NCBI GenBank assembly: GCA_025451235.1
Contig: JANWKT010000007.1
Coordinates: forward strand, 249,511-313,510
Direction of reading: 5' to 3'
Length of the DNA stretch: 64,000 nucleotides
Origin: Flavobacteriales bacterium
GTDB lineage: Bacteria; Bacteroidota; Bacteroidia; CAIKAF01
Below are positions 35,414 through 45,390 of this stretch, piece by piece (position 1 is the first letter of the stretch; each line of letters opens with the position of its first letter). The notes beneath the pieces are model-generated. The model saw nothing but the letters and a program-made list of their open reading frames with translations. It did not search any database and had not been told where the DNA came from. Both the position numbers and the translations under genes were made by a program.

Positions 35414-35800
35414 ATGGAGAAAAAGGAATTACTTGAAATGCTCCGTCGAAAAATGATCTCAGAAATCCAGGATTATGCAATCATTTTACTCGATCTCGAT
35501 GGAACCATTTTATCGTGGAATATCGGAGTTGAAAAAATAAAAGGTTACACAAAAGACGAAATAATAGGCCAGAATTTTCGAATATTTTACATGCCGCAGG
35601 ACAGACAAGCCGGTCTTCCTGAACAGTTAATAGCATTGGCTACGAAAGAAGGCCGGGCAATGCACGTTGGCAGGCGGATCCGAAAAAATGGTACCATTTT
35701 TTGGGGGAGTATTCTCATTACCGCTCTTCATGATGACAATGGGGAGGTAATAGGTTTTACCAAACTAACGAAGGAAATTGCTGACAACGAGATTTCATAA
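35414..35800 (+). CDS. Stand-alone PAS-domain protein
   Basis: 128 aa. DYAIILLDLDGTILSWNIGVEKIKGYTKDEIIGQNFRIFY...GRRIRKNGTIFWGSILITALHDDNGEVIGFTKLTKEI is the PAS S-box pattern. No effector domain. Confidence 0.7.
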   Translation: MEKKELLEMLRRKMISEIQDYAIILLDLDGTILSWNIGVEKIKGYTKDEIIGQNFRIFYMPQDRQAGLPEQLIALATKEGRAMHVGRRIRKNGTIFWGSILITALHDDNGEVIGFTKLTKEIADNEIS

Positions 35801-35829
35801 ACCCAACTCAATACCATCACTTAAACCTC

Positions 35830-36873
35830 ATGTATAAGCAAATCAACTCCATTGTCATATCCAGCCTGATGGTGAGTTGCGTATGGTTTCTTCAACTATC
35901 CTGTTCACATAATAAACAGAAACCAGTTGATGGACCGGGAACTGAGCAAACAGTGAAGGAAAGGGATTCAGCGGAAATAGAAACCCTTATCAAGGAGGAA
36001 AAAATACCTTCTTTTGAAGCTTACTGCAAATCTATCCCTATTGGAGAAGAAGTGGAGTTTTTTGAGTTGAGCTGGCCTGGAGATGATCGTTTATGCGAAA
36101 GTTATGATAAAACGGATGGTCCATTAACTTATAGAGTGTACCGGTTGAAAGAATCGAAAAGAATTGTTCGGATATATGAAGAAGGGGCTTTTTGCCAAGG
36201 TGATTCGGATTTCGGTTATTATTTTCTTTTCGACCAGAATGGGAATGCTATCTATAGTCAGAATGTGGCTCTTTTTCCTTCCATCACTTTTTACGAATCT
36301 GGAAAAGAAATGATTGAGGTGGAATATGATTCTGAATTTGATATCACAGATTTCAGGAAGATCAAGAAAATAAATTCCGGGGAGGTCTTGACCACAAAAG
36401 AGTATGAGAACAAAATAGAAGAATACAGAGAGACCATGCGGGAACGGTCAGCGTCTTTAAGAACCTTTATTGCTAAGACGAACGACGCTGATGATATAAA
36501 AGAAGCCGAAAGTCTTATTGAACAATTACAATCATCCCTTAGAAAAAAGGTAGAATACCAGGATGGGTATGTTTATAGAAAGCCGCTGCCCATGGAGGAA
36601 GGAAAAAGCGGAGAATTATGTATGGTCAACGCATTGGATATAAGGGTAAGGGCCGAACCCAATTCCACTTCCAAGGTTATTTCTAAAGTTTCCTATTATA
36701 ACAACCATATAGAAGTGATCGATATTGAAGGTATGGAAACCATAGAACCATTGGGGACCCATCCCTGGTACAAAATAAATTTTATCGATTGGAATGCTTC
36801 CGCCCCTGAAACGACAGAAGGCTGGATCTTTGGTGCATTTATCGTACCTGACATATTCGAGAAAAGAGAATGA
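35830..36873 (+). CDS. Lipoprotein with C-terminal bacterial SH3-like domain, function unknown
   Basis: 347 aa. N-terminus ...FLQLSCS has a lipobox-like Cys. C-terminus ALDIRVRAEPNSTSKVISKVSYYNNHIEVIDIE...WYKINF...GWIFGAFI resembles SH3b. Confidence 0.6.
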   Translation: MYKQINSIVISSLMVSCVWFLQLSCSHNKQKPVDGPGTEQTVKERDSAEIETLIKEEKIPSFEAYCKSIPIGEEVEFFELSWPGDDRLCESYDKTDGPLTYRVYRLKESKRIVRIYEEGAFCQGDSDFGYYFLFDQNGNAIYSQNVALFPSITFYESGKEMIEVEYDSEFDITDFRKIKKINSGEVLTTKEYENKIEEYRETMRERSASLRTFIAKTNDADDIKEAESLIEQLQSSLRKKVEYQDGYVYRKPLPMEEGKSGELCMVNALDIRVRAEPNSTSKVISKVSYYNNHIEVIDIEGMETIEPLGTHPWYKINFIDWNASAPETTEGWIFGAFIVPDIFEKRE

Positions 36874-36880
36874 TGAAATT

Positions 36881-38008
36881 TTATTTTTCTTCAACTAAAG
36901 TTGCCCAAATCCTCTTCGCAGTTTCATCCCAATTGAATTTTTTGAATTGAAGATTTCCTTTTTCTATTAATGATCTTCTCAGATCAGTATCCATAAATAT
37001 CTTCTCATAGGCATATTCAATCTCCTCTATGGAAGCCGGATCAACCAATATAGCAGCCTCTCCTCCCACTTCGGGCAGGGAGGTGGTTGCAGAAGTGATC
37101 ACGGCTGTATTGCATTGCATGGCTTCCAAAACCGGTAATCCAAATCCCTCGAAATTGGAGACATAAGAGAGGGCCAATGAACTTGACAATAACTTATCAA
37201 TTTCGGTCCTGGGTTCTACCCTCCCCAAAAAAATAATATCTTTTTTAAACTTTAAATTTTGGTGGGTTTCAAAGATGGATTCACTTTCAGGATAGGATTG
37301 TCCTGCTACCAGGAATTTTACATCCGCTCCTGTTCTTTCTTTGAAACGGTCGAAGGCTTTGAGTTGGTGCTCCAGGTTTTTACGTGGGTACAAGGCTCCA
37401 ATAAAAATAAAGTAGGGTTTTCCTCCACTGTATTTTTGCCTGGTCTTTTCCATTTCCTCCGGTAGGAGTTGAAAAGCCTCCTGCCCCACCCCATTATAGG
37501 CTACTTCTATCTTAGAAGGATCAATTCTATAATTCTTAGCTATATCTTTTTTTGAAAATTCGGATATAGTGATGATCCTCTCCGCCTTTTTTGCAAACTG
37601 CGGAAAGAAGGTATTATAATACCATCTAACCCAGAATGGAAAATAGGATGGATAATGAAAAAAATTAATATCATGGATCACCGGTATCTGTTTTACGGAT
37701 GTTCGTAAACATAAATATCCGTCTGGAGAAAAGAAAACATCCGGTTTTATTTTCCTCAATAGCCGAGGCAAACTATAGTCGAACCACCAAATAAATAAAA
37801 AAGGATGCCTGGCCTGTGGAAATAATACGTGAGGGACTACATTGGGTCCATAAATAAAATCCGCATCATAAGGCCGATCGAAAATAAAATGGAATTCAAC
37901 CTCGGGATGAGATCTTACCAATCGCTGCAATACTTCATGTTCAAAGATGCCCAGGCCTTCCAACCTGCCTTTGAGCAAAAGTCTTGTATTAACAGCTACT
38001 TTCTTCAT
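36881..38008 (-). CDS. Glycosyltransferase family 4 (GT-B fold)
   Basis: 375 aa. SNFEGFGLPVLEAMQCNTAVITSATTSLPEVGGEAAILVDP is the EX7E-type GT4 C-terminal motif. Confidence 0.8.
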   Translation of the reverse strand: MKKVAVNTRLLLKGRLEGLGIFEHEVLQRLVRSHPEVEFHFIFDRPYDADFIYGPNVVPHVLFPQARHPFLFIWWFDYSLPRLLRKIKPDVFFSPDGYLCLRTSVKQIPVIHDINFFHYPSYFPFWVRWYYNTFFPQFAKKAERIITISEFSKKDIAKNYRIDPSKIEVAYNGVGQEAFQLLPEEMEKTRQKYSGGKPYFIFIGALYPRKNLEHQLKAFDRFKERTGADVKFLVAGQSYPESESIFETHQNLKFKKDIIFLGRVEPRTEIDKLLSSSLALSYVSNFEGFGLPVLEAMQCNTAVITSATTSLPEVGGEAAILVDPASIEEIEYAYEKIFMDTDLRRSLIEKGNLQFKKFNWDETAKRIWATLVEEK

Positions 38009-38076
38009 AATAAAAACTCCATCAGAGAGTTTAGAAACAAAAATATTACATATTTGTTACTAAATTAAGTAATTAG

Positions 38077-39663
38077 TTGAATATCAAGAGCTATATAACC
38101 CCAAGAATGGCCTTCCTCCTTTCTATGATCCTGATTGGGGTAGGTTTAGCCACCTCCAATCTATTGATGAGTTGGGGTGAAATTGGCCTTGGAATTGCGT
38201 TTTTATGGGATGGTAAATATCTCACAAAACTCAAACTGATTGGATCCAATAAAAGAATATTGGCTTTTATCGGGGTTTTTATCCTATTCGTTGTAGGCCT
38301 CGTTCATACTTCAAATTGGCAATATGCATTTCACGATCTGAAAATAAAATTGCCTTTACTGGTAATTCCTGTTCTATGCTTTTCGTTTTTCCCAATGAGT
38401 AAAAACGAGTTCAGGATCGTCTTTCATTCCATTTTTATAGGGGTCATATTTTCCATGATCTTCGGTTGGATGGTATACAAGGGCTGGATCCAATGGAAAG
38501 TAGTGGATATGAGAAGTTATAGTCCATTTATATCGAATGTAAGGTTAGGCACCTTGTTGGTACTCTCCATTATCCTCTCTGGTTACCTGTTTCTAAAACC
38601 CGAATTGCGATATATCTCTAAATATTTTTATCTGGTTTTTGCATTTGGCTGTATTTGCTTTTTGCTTTTGCTACAATCCCTCACCGGTATTGTGGCCTTG
38701 GTGGGTACCATGCTGATCCTTTCTATTCATGGCCTTACCCAGCCATCAAGCAGAAAAGCATCTTTATTGTTCTTATTGGCATTCGTTATCATTCTGGGAA
38801 CATTAACCGGAATTGTTGTTAAAGAATACCACCGGGTATATGATGTCAAAGAAATGGATCTGGATCACCTGAATGATCCTACTCCTGATGGGAGTACATA
38901 CTTTCACGATACCACTGATAAAAGAACCATTAATGGTTATTATATCCATATGTATATATGCAATGATGAACTCAATACAGAGTGGAATAAAAGAAGTGAA
39001 TATGATTATAATGGGCCATCAAAAAAAGGTTGGAATGTCAACGGGATATTGATCGGTTATTTAACTTCAAAAGGACTGCGTAAAAATGGACAAGAGGTAA
39101 GGTCATTAAGTGACCGGGAGATCAGGGCTATAGAAAATGGTAAGATTAATTTTCTTCAAGTACATCCGTTGGATATAAGAGGTAGGGTCAACCAATTATT
39201 GATGGAACTTAATCATTATAAAATGTACAGAGATCCAAACGGACGTTCTTTTGCCACCAGGCTTGAAACATGGAAGGTAGCTATGTTTGCCTTTAAACGA
39301 CAATTGGTATTCGGATATGGTACCGGCGATGTAAAGGATGAAATGAAAAATGCCTATACAGCCACAGGATCAAAACTCCTGCCACAAAACCAGAAGAATC
39401 CGCATCAACAATACCTTACGGTTGGACTTGCCGTTGGGATCATCGGATTGATCTTATTTATTTTTCTGATCTATTCTCCCTTGTTCAGGTTTCGATCGCT
39501 ACATGTTCTTTTTGTAGCTGCATTAACCATTGCTTGCATCAGTATGCTCGATGAAGATACTTTGGAAACCCAGGCAGGATGTACTCAATTTGTATTTATA
39601 TATACAGTTACTTACCTATACCACCTAAAAGAAAAAAATCGGTGGAAGCTACAGGAGGCTTAG
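38077..39663 (+). CDS. O-antigen ligase/polymerase-like (Wzy_C-type) polytopic membrane protein
   Basis: 528 aa with at least 10 hydrophobic helices and a large soluble loop between them. Divergent from the GT4 gene. The start is TTG 38077; ATG 38107 (MAFLLSMIL) is an alternative. Confidence 0.55.
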   Translation: MNIKSYITPRMAFLLSMILIGVGLATSNLLMSWGEIGLGIAFLWDGKYLTKLKLIGSNKRILAFIGVFILFVVGLVHTSNWQYAFHDLKIKLPLLVIPVLCFSFFPMSKNEFRIVFHSIFIGVIFSMIFGWMVYKGWIQWKVVDMRSYSPFISNVRLGTLLVLSIILSGYLFLKPELRYISKYFYLVFAFGCICFLLLLQSLTGIVALVGTMLILSIHGLTQPSSRKASLLFLLAFVIILGTLTGIVVKEYHRVYDVKEMDLDHLNDPTPDGSTYFHDTTDKRTINGYYIHMYICNDELNTEWNKRSEYDYNGPSKKGWNVNGILIGYLTSKGLRKNGQEVRSLSDREIRAIENGKINFLQVHPLDIRGRVNQLLMELNHYKMYRDPNGRSFATRLETWKVAMFAFKRQLVFGYGTGDVKDEMKNAYTATGSKLLPQNQKNPHQQYLTVGLAVGIIGLILFIFLIYSPLFRFRSLHVLFVAALTIACISMLDEDTLETQAGCTQFVFIYTVTYLYHLKEKNRWKLQEA

Positions 39664-40283
39664 AAGAATTTATATCCGATCGTAATGCAGAAATTGCTAT
39701 GCTTAAATCCGGCCCTGGGGTCTTGGAAGATCACGTTGTTCCCATACATATTGGCCAATCCCCATTGATACCTGAAATCAGCTGTAAACCTCCATATATC
39801 CACTCCGGCGCCAATAATAATACCCCCGTTAAAGTCTGAACCTCCCTTGCTGGTAATATTTGTATCATTTTGAGGAAATGCTTCATCATGCACTTCGATG
39901 GTTTTTGACAGGTTCCAGGCCCAAAATCCACCTGCTTGTAACCGAACATTGATGAGTTTAAAATCGATGATCTTAAATCCCAATAAAACCGGAACTTCTA
40001 ATGTATTGGCTTTCGCACTATAATATCTATTCGGGTTTTCGCTAAAATTACCTTCCCCTCCTACCATGGAGAAATTCAACTCGGGCTGAATATGGAATCT
40101 TTTGATATTGATCCGGGCAAATACCCCTCCCCTGAATCCAGCATTCCCAGAGTTAAAATAATCCGGAAGACTGGTGCTTAAGGTATTTACATTTACACCT
40201 GCCTGTACACCCAGATTAATGAGTTTCTGAGCGTTGAGCTGTGAGCAAAATACAATAACTGTTAGGATAATTAATTTCTTCAT
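39660..40283 (-). CDS. Outer-membrane beta-barrel protein (OMP_b-brl_2 / PorT-like family)
   Basis: 207 aa. Signal peptide MKKLIILTVIVFCSQLNAQ. Alternating beta-strand pattern, LEVPVLLGFK motif, and a C-terminal aromatic ..GYKFF. Confidence 0.7.
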   Translation of the reverse strand: MKKLIILTVIVFCSQLNAQKLINLGVQAGVNVNTLSTSLPDYFNSGNAGFRGGVFARINIKRFHIQPELNFSMVGGEGNFSENPNRYYSAKANTLEVPVLLGFKIIDFKLINVRLQAGGFWAWNLSKTIEVHDEAFPQNDTNITSKGGSDFNGGIIIGAGVDIWRFTADFRYQWGLANMYGNNVIFQDPRAGFKHSNFCITIGYKFF

Positions 40284-40505
40284 GGGGTTAGCAATATAAG
40301 GGCTTTAAAATAATAACTACAAAGGTCACAAAAAATTACATACGAAAAGCATGCCAAGGATTAAAAAATGGTAATCTTTAGAATGTCCAACGGCCTTTCC
40401 AAAAGACGTACGATCAGGTTAGTCATAAGTCTTACATCCCTTTGTCTTGGGTCTTTTTTTTTAAGATATAGCGAAACACCCGGTTCACCCACCAATGGAG
40501 TTGGC

Positions 40506-40534
40506 AAAAAAAACGCAAGACCATAAGTCTTGCG
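40506..40534 (-). terminator. Intrinsic terminator of the rpsF-rpsR-rplI operon
   Basis: On the minus strand: CGCAAGAC-TTATG-GTCTTGCG followed by T8. 8-bp perfect stem at 40514-40521 / 40527-40534. Confidence 0.8.
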
Positions 40535-40578
40535 TCTAAACCTGTCTGCCGACAGGCAGGTATCCAATAGCTGAAAAA

Positions 40579-41025
40579 TTACTCTGCTACTACGTTAAAA
40601 TTGAATTCAATTTTAACTTCTTTATGAAGTTGAGCAGTAGCTTTATAAGTTCCAGTGGTTTTAATAGAGTCATCCAGGATATGCAATGTTTTTCTTTCAA
40701 CATTGTAACCGGCTTTTTTAAGGGCTTCAGCGAGTACAACCGTATTGATAGAACCGAAGATCTTACCGCTATCACCTACTTTAGCCGGAACATCAACCGT
40801 TGTTCCTTGGATTTGTTCTGCAAGAGCTTTGGCTTCAGCCAATACTTTTTCGGCTTTATGAGCCTGTTGCTTCATGTTCTCTTTTACCATTTTCAGGTTA
40901 CTTTCACTGGCAACTACAGCAGCTCCTCTTGGAATAAGAAAATTGCGGGCATATCCATCACGAACATTCACCACATCATTCTTATAACCTAAATTGTCTA
41001 CGTCTTGTTTTAAAATGATCTGCAT
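40579..41025 (-). CDS. rplI: 50S ribosomal protein L9
   Basis: MQIILKQDVDNLGYKNDVVNVRDGYARNFLIPRGAAV is the canonical L9 N-terminus. 148 aa. Confidence 0.95.
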   Translation of the reverse strand: MQIILKQDVDNLGYKNDVVNVRDGYARNFLIPRGAAVVASESNLKMVKENMKQQAHKAEKVLAEAKALAEQIQGTTVDVPAKVGDSGKIFGSINTVVLAEALKKAGYNVERKTLHILDDSIKTTGTYKATAQLHKEVKIEFNFNVVAE

Positions 41026-41032
41026 AACCTAA

Positions 41033-41356
41033 TTATTTTAACATGTCTCCTACATACGGCATTAAAGCCAATTGACGGGCACGCTTTACAGCTTGGGCCA
41101 CTTTTCTTTGATATTTCCAGGAAGTTCCTGTTATTCTGCGGGGTAATACTTTGCCCTGCTCATTCACCAGTTTTAAAAGGTAATCAGCATCTTTATAGTC
41201 GATGTATTTGATACCGGATTTTTTAAAACGGCAGTATTTTGATCTTTTCACTTCAATGGGAGGAGGAGTTAAATACCTGATCTCCGAAGTGTTTTCTTCT
41301 TTTGCGTTCACGTTAACGTTTGTCGTTGCGGCGGGTGCTGTTGTTTCTGCGCTCAT
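41033..41356 (-). CDS. rpsR: 30S ribosomal protein S18
   Basis: [32 protein letters not shown]...[31 protein letters not shown] is the S18 core, with the Bacteroidota-type N-terminal extension. Confidence 0.95.
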   Translation of the reverse strand: MSAETTAPAATTNVNVNAKEENTSEIRYLTPPPIEVKRSKYCRFKKSGIKYIDYKDADYLLKLVNEQGKVLPRRITGTSWKYQRKVAQAVKRARQLALMPYVGDMLK

Positions 41357-41369
41357 AGTTTCAAATAGT

Positions 41370-41717
41370 TTAAGCTTGTTTTTTAGATGCTAGTTTAGCT
41401 ATTCTTTTCTTGCTCCATTCCAACGCATCTTTATCTAATTTAACTGTGAGGAACCGCAGAATTCTTTCATCGCGGCGAAAGGTAAGTTCAAGTTTGTCGA
41501 TGAAATTTCCATCGGCACGAAACTCAAACAAGTGGTAGAAACCTGTAGACTTTTTTCTAATCGGGTAAGCTAATTTTTTTAACCCCCAAGTCTCTTCATG
41601 GACCAGTTCACATTTGTTCTCTTTCAAGAGCTCTTTGTAACGATCCACGGCTTCCTTTAGCTGCTCATCACTTAACACTGGGGTAAGGATGAACACTGTC
41701 TCATACTGGTTAATCAT
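41370..41717 (-). CDS. rpsF: 30S ribosomal protein S6
   Basis: [31 protein letters not shown]... is typical of S6. Gaps of 13 nt and 7 nt to rpsR and rplI. Confidence 0.95.
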   Translation of the reverse strand: MINQYETVFILTPVLSDEQLKEAVDRYKELLKENKCELVHEETWGLKKLAYPIRKKSTGFYHLFEFRADGNFIDKLELTFRRDERILRFLTVKLDKDALEWSKKRIAKLASKKQA

Positions 41718-41863
41718 TCGTTTAAAATATATTTTCTTTGTTTAAAAGGGTGCGAATATAGAGGTTTTTAGGCTAAGTGCCAAGTTTTTACAGACCCAAT
41801 AAGTAAAAATCGAATATTTTGCTTCTAAAAGATTCATTTATTACCGTTTAAGCCCTTTTTTCT

Positions 41864-41871
41864 TAGCTTTG
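41864..41871 (+). promoter_or_regulatory. Candidate -7 promoter box (TAgcTTTG) upstream of pntA
   Basis: Matches TAnnTTTG, 43 nt upstream of ATG 41914. Confidence 0.3.
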
Positions 41872-41913
41872 CCGGCCAGAATCTTTATTTAGTAGAATCA
41901 ATACAGAGCAATT

Positions 41914-43464
41914 ATGAAGGTAGGGATCCCATCCGAAATATTTCCTAATGAATTGAGGGTTGCAGCAACTCCTAAAACTGTTAAACGCCTTCAAAAGCAA
42001 GGCTTTGAAGTATATATCCAGCGGCATGCAGGGGCAAAGGCCAATTTTTCGGATAAAGAATTTGAAGATGCAGGCGCTAAATTAGTAGGTACTGCTGCCG
42101 AAATCTACGGTCAATGCGACATTGTCTTAAAGGTAAAAGAACCTGCAATGACGGAGGTAGATCTCATGCACGAAGGATTGGTATTGCTCAGCTACCTTTG
42201 GCCAGCCCAAAATCCTGCATTGTTGCAGAAACTTGCCGAAAAAAAGGTAAATGCCATTGCCATGGATGCTATTCCACGTATTTCCAGGGCTCAGAAAATG
42301 GATGTACTTTCTTCCATGGCCAATATTGCCGGATACAGAGCGGTGATTGAAGGATCCTATCATTTCGGGAGGTTCCTGAATGGTCAAATAACCGCAGCAG
42401 GAAAAGTGGAGCCGGCAAAAGTGCTGGTAATTGGTGCCGGGGTGGCCGGATTGGCAGCCATTGGTGCAGCCAACTCATTAGGTGCTATCGTAAGGGCATT
42501 CGACACCCGTAAAGAGGTGGCAGAACAAATTGAATCCATGGGAGCACAGTTCCTAACGGTTAATATAAATGAGGATGGAGCAACCGCTTCGGGTTACTCA
42601 AAAGAAATGAGTAAGGAATTCATCGAAGCTGAGATGAAATTATTCCTGGAACAGGCAACTGAGGTAGATATCATCATCACAACGGCTCAAATTCCGGGCA
42701 AGTCTGCTCCAAAACTAATTCTAGATTATCATGTCGCAGCTATGAAGCCCGGATCTGTCATTGTAGATTTGGCAGCTTCATCAGGTGGTAATTGTGTGCT
42801 CACCAAAGATGGTGAAGTTTTTACTACAGATAATGGAGTTACCATTGTAGGTAAACTTAATCAATTGCCTAACCAAGCTTCTCAACTATATGGCAACAAC
42901 CTTTGTCATCTTTTAGATGATATGGGCAAAGCAGAAAAGTTTAACATCAACATGGAGGATGCAGTGGTTTCCCGTGCAATGGTCACCTATAATGGTAAGA
43001 TCAACTGGCCACCGCAACCACTTCCGGTAACGGCAGCAAAATCGAATGCTACAGCGAATGTAACAACTGAAGATCCGAAAGTAACCGAACAAAAAAATGC
43101 TAAAAAACAAGCAGCGTCAATGCTCATCCGGTTATTAGTCATTGGAGGATTGCTGGGTATCTTAGGTCAGTTTGCTCCTTCAGAATTTATGCAACATTTT
43201 ACCGTGTTTGTATTATCGGTATTTGTTGGATGGCAGGTAATATGGAATGTATCACATTCTCTGCATACTCCTTTAATGGCAGTAACAAATGCCATCAGCG
43301 GTATTATAGTAGTAGGTGGACTGGTACAAATTGGAAGCATGGCAAATGCCAGCGACAACCTACCTATTACCATTCTTGCTAGTGTAGCCATATTAGTAGC
43401 AAGTATTAATATAGTTGGAGGTTTTGTTGTAACTCACCGTATGTTGAAAATGTTCAAAAAATAA
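41914..43464 (+). CDS. pntA: NAD(P) transhydrogenase subunit alpha (dI plus membrane dIIa)
   Basis: 516 aa. Alanine-dehydrogenase-like N-terminus. Rossmann motif [18 protein letters not shown]-terminal TM helices. pntB follows. Confidence 0.9.
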   Translation: MKVGIPSEIFPNELRVAATPKTVKRLQKQGFEVYIQRHAGAKANFSDKEFEDAGAKLVGTAAEIYGQCDIVLKVKEPAMTEVDLMHEGLVLLSYLWPAQNPALLQKLAEKKVNAIAMDAIPRISRAQKMDVLSSMANIAGYRAVIEGSYHFGRFLNGQITAAGKVEPAKVLVIGAGVAGLAAIGAANSLGAIVRAFDTRKEVAEQIESMGAQFLTVNINEDGATASGYSKEMSKEFIEAEMKLFLEQATEVDIIITTAQIPGKSAPKLILDYHVAAMKPGSVIVDLAASSGGNCVLTKDGEVFTTDNGVTIVGKLNQLPNQASQLYGNNLCHLLDDMGKAEKFNINMEDAVVSRAMVTYNGKINWPPQPLPVTAAKSNATANVTTEDPKVTEQKNAKKQAASMLIRLLVIGGLLGILGQFAPSEFMQHFTVFVLSVFVGWQVIWNVSHSLHTPLMAVTNAISGIIVVGGLVQIGSMANASDNLPITILASVAILVASINIVGGFVVTHRMLKMFKK

Positions 43465-43470
43465 AAGAAG

Positions 43471-44883
43471 ATGATCGAAAAGAATATTCAAATAGCAGCT
43501 TACGTATTCGCTAGTATTTTATTTATATTGAGTTTGGGAGGATTGTCCTCTCAGCAGTCGGCCAAGCGTGGAGTATATTATGGAATCATTGGGATGATCA
43601 TTGCTATCCTGGCCACAGTTTTAGGCGAAGAGGTAAAAGGAGGATATATTTATATTGTTGCAGCCATTGGAGTTGCATCCGTTATAGGAATCATTCTGGC
43701 TCGCAAAGTGGAAATGACTTCTATGCCCCAGTTGGTGGCCATTCTACATAGCTTTGTTGGATTAGCAGCAGTTCTGGTAGGGTTTGGTTCCTATCTGGAT
43801 CAGCATGAATCCTTACCAGGTGATCCGGAAGGTCCAGTTAAACATATCATTCATCTGGTGGAAGTTTATCTCGGTGTATTTATTGGTGCCATTACTTTCA
43901 CTGGTTCTATCGTTGCGTGGGGAAAATTGGAAGGAAAAATCAGGAGCAAACCATTGTTGTATCCTGGTCGCCATGTTGTAAATATTTTGTTGGTAATAGC
44001 ATGTATTGTTATGGGAGTTTTGTTCACCATGCAAGACGGAACCAATGGTATGCTTTACCTTTATATCATGACGGGTATTGCCTGTTTCATAGGTATCATG
44101 CTGGTAATGGCCATTGGAGGTGCCGATATGCCCGTGGTGGTTTCTATGTTGAATTCATATTCAGGATGGGCAGCTGCGGCGGCAGGATTTATGTTGGGTA
44201 ATGATTTGTTGATTGTAACAGGTGCATTGGTTGGAAGCTCGGGAGCTATCCTTTCCATCATCATGTGTAAGGCAATGAATCGTTCTTTCTTCTCTGTAAT
44301 TCTAGGGGGGTTTGGTGAAGGTTCTTCAGCTGGGTCTGCAACTGAAATGGAAGGAGAAGTTACCTCCATCAATCATGAGGAAGTGGCAGATCTATTGAAA
44401 GAGGCAAAATCAATTGTGATCGTTCCAGGTTATGGAATGGCAGTTGCCAAGGCGCAATATCCAATTTATGATATGGTACAAACCCTTCGCAAGTCAGGAA
44501 AAAATGTTCGTTTTGCCATACATCCAGTAGCGGGCCGTTTGCCAGGACATATGAATGTATTGTTGGCCGAAGCAAATGTACCCTATGATATTGTATTGGA
44601 AATGGATGAGATCAATGAAGACATGCCTGATACAAATGTGGTCATGGTGATTGGTGCAAATGATGTGGTGAATCCTGGCGCTCAGGATGATCCATCAAGC
44701 CCTATTTATGGAATGCCGGTTATTGAAGCATGGAAAGCTGAAGAAGTGATCGTTATGAAACGCTCTATGTCTGCGGGTTATGCAGGGGTAGAAAATCCAT
44801 TGTTCTATAAATCAAATACAGATATGTTGTATGGTGATGCCAAGGACAGTGTAGAAAAAATTCTGAATTACCTAAAAAACTAA
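43471..44883 (+). CDS. pntB: NAD(P) transhydrogenase subunit beta
   Basis: 470 aa. Polytopic N-terminal half. C-terminal dIII with [12 protein letters not shown]...[21 protein letters not shown]...GANDVVNP. Confidence 0.9.
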   Translation: MIEKNIQIAAYVFASILFILSLGGLSSQQSAKRGVYYGIIGMIIAILATVLGEEVKGGYIYIVAAIGVASVIGIILARKVEMTSMPQLVAILHSFVGLAAVLVGFGSYLDQHESLPGDPEGPVKHIIHLVEVYLGVFIGAITFTGSIVAWGKLEGKIRSKPLLYPGRHVVNILLVIACIVMGVLFTMQDGTNGMLYLYIMTGIACFIGIMLVMAIGGADMPVVVSMLNSYSGWAAAAAGFMLGNDLLIVTGALVGSSGAILSIIMCKAMNRSFFSVILGGFGEGSSAGSATEMEGEVTSINHEEVADLLKEAKSIVIVPGYGMAVAKAQYPIYDMVQTLRKSGKNVRFAIHPVAGRLPGHMNVLLAEANVPYDIVLEMDEINEDMPDTNVVMVIGANDVVNPGAQDDPSSPIYGMPVIEAWKAEEVIVMKRSMSAGYAGVENPLFYKSNTDMLYGDAKDSVEKILNYLKN

Positions 44884-44916
44884 AAATTTGGAATTTCAAA
44901 TTTTTAGTTCCAAATT
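44882..44916 (+). terminator. AT-rich alternative hairpins directly after pntB (terminator-like)
   Basis: AAAAATTTG/CAAATTTTT (44882-44890 / 44897-44905), or AATTTGGAA/TTCCAAATT (44885-44893 / 44908-44916). Confidence 0.35.
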
Positions 44917-44998
44917 TATACGGAGCTTTATCCTCCATTATTATTTTACTAAGATTGGACAAGCAGTCTTAAGTATAAAGACTAAAATCCAATAAGCC

Positions 44999-45211
44999 AT
45001 GGCAAGACCTCCGGTAAAACCTATAGAATTTAGAAATGGATTTTATATTGAAGTATGCAATAAGGGATCCAAAACAGGTGTTAAGATCGTAAGAGACACC
45101 AAAGAGGAAATGATGCTAGCCATCAAGGAATACGAAAAAACCAAAAACATCATCATTCTGGGAGAATTCAAGAATGGTAAATGGTTAAGCGATTCTAAGA
45201 AGTATAATTAA
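44999..45211 (+). CDS. Small basic protein, function unknown
   Basis: 70-aa ORF with an ATG start and no competing frame. No motif recognised. Confidence 0.45.
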   Translation: MARPPVKPIEFRNGFYIEVCNKGSKTGVKIVRDTKEEMMLAIKEYEKTKNIIILGEFKNGKWLSDSKKYN

Positions 45212-45390
45212 TAGCTATATCCCAGGGATACCTTGACTAGATTATAAGCTCATCCCGTCTTCTGCAGTAATGCCTTCGCCTCACCTTGTATTTGTAAATA
45301 TACAAGGAGTTTATTCTCATGCCACTCTTGTATATCAACAAATACAAAGGCTCGGCTTCAGGCAGCTACTGCTGCCAGCCGGGGCTAAGA

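Noticed and set aside
40440-40500. tRNA-like GGTTCA..CCA string (cacccggttcacccacca) downstream of rplI
   Set aside because: No acceptor, D or anticodon arms can be drawn around it, and there is no T-stem complementarity. It is not a tRNA.
41718-41913. Looked for an rpsF leader or autoregulatory structure and a TAnnTTTG promoter upstream of rpsF
   Set aside because: I could not find a convincing -7 box or a stable conserved-looking hairpin by eye on the minus strand. Only the pntA-side box (41864-41871) matched. Nothing is reported for rpsF.
42114-44575. Numerous internal and antisense ORFs within pntA and pntB (for example 42114-42350, 43917-44201, 44061-44372)
   Set aside because: They are nested in genes with unambiguous PntA and PntB motifs and lengths. 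They are typical out-of-frame open stretches in relatively GC-balanced coding DNA.
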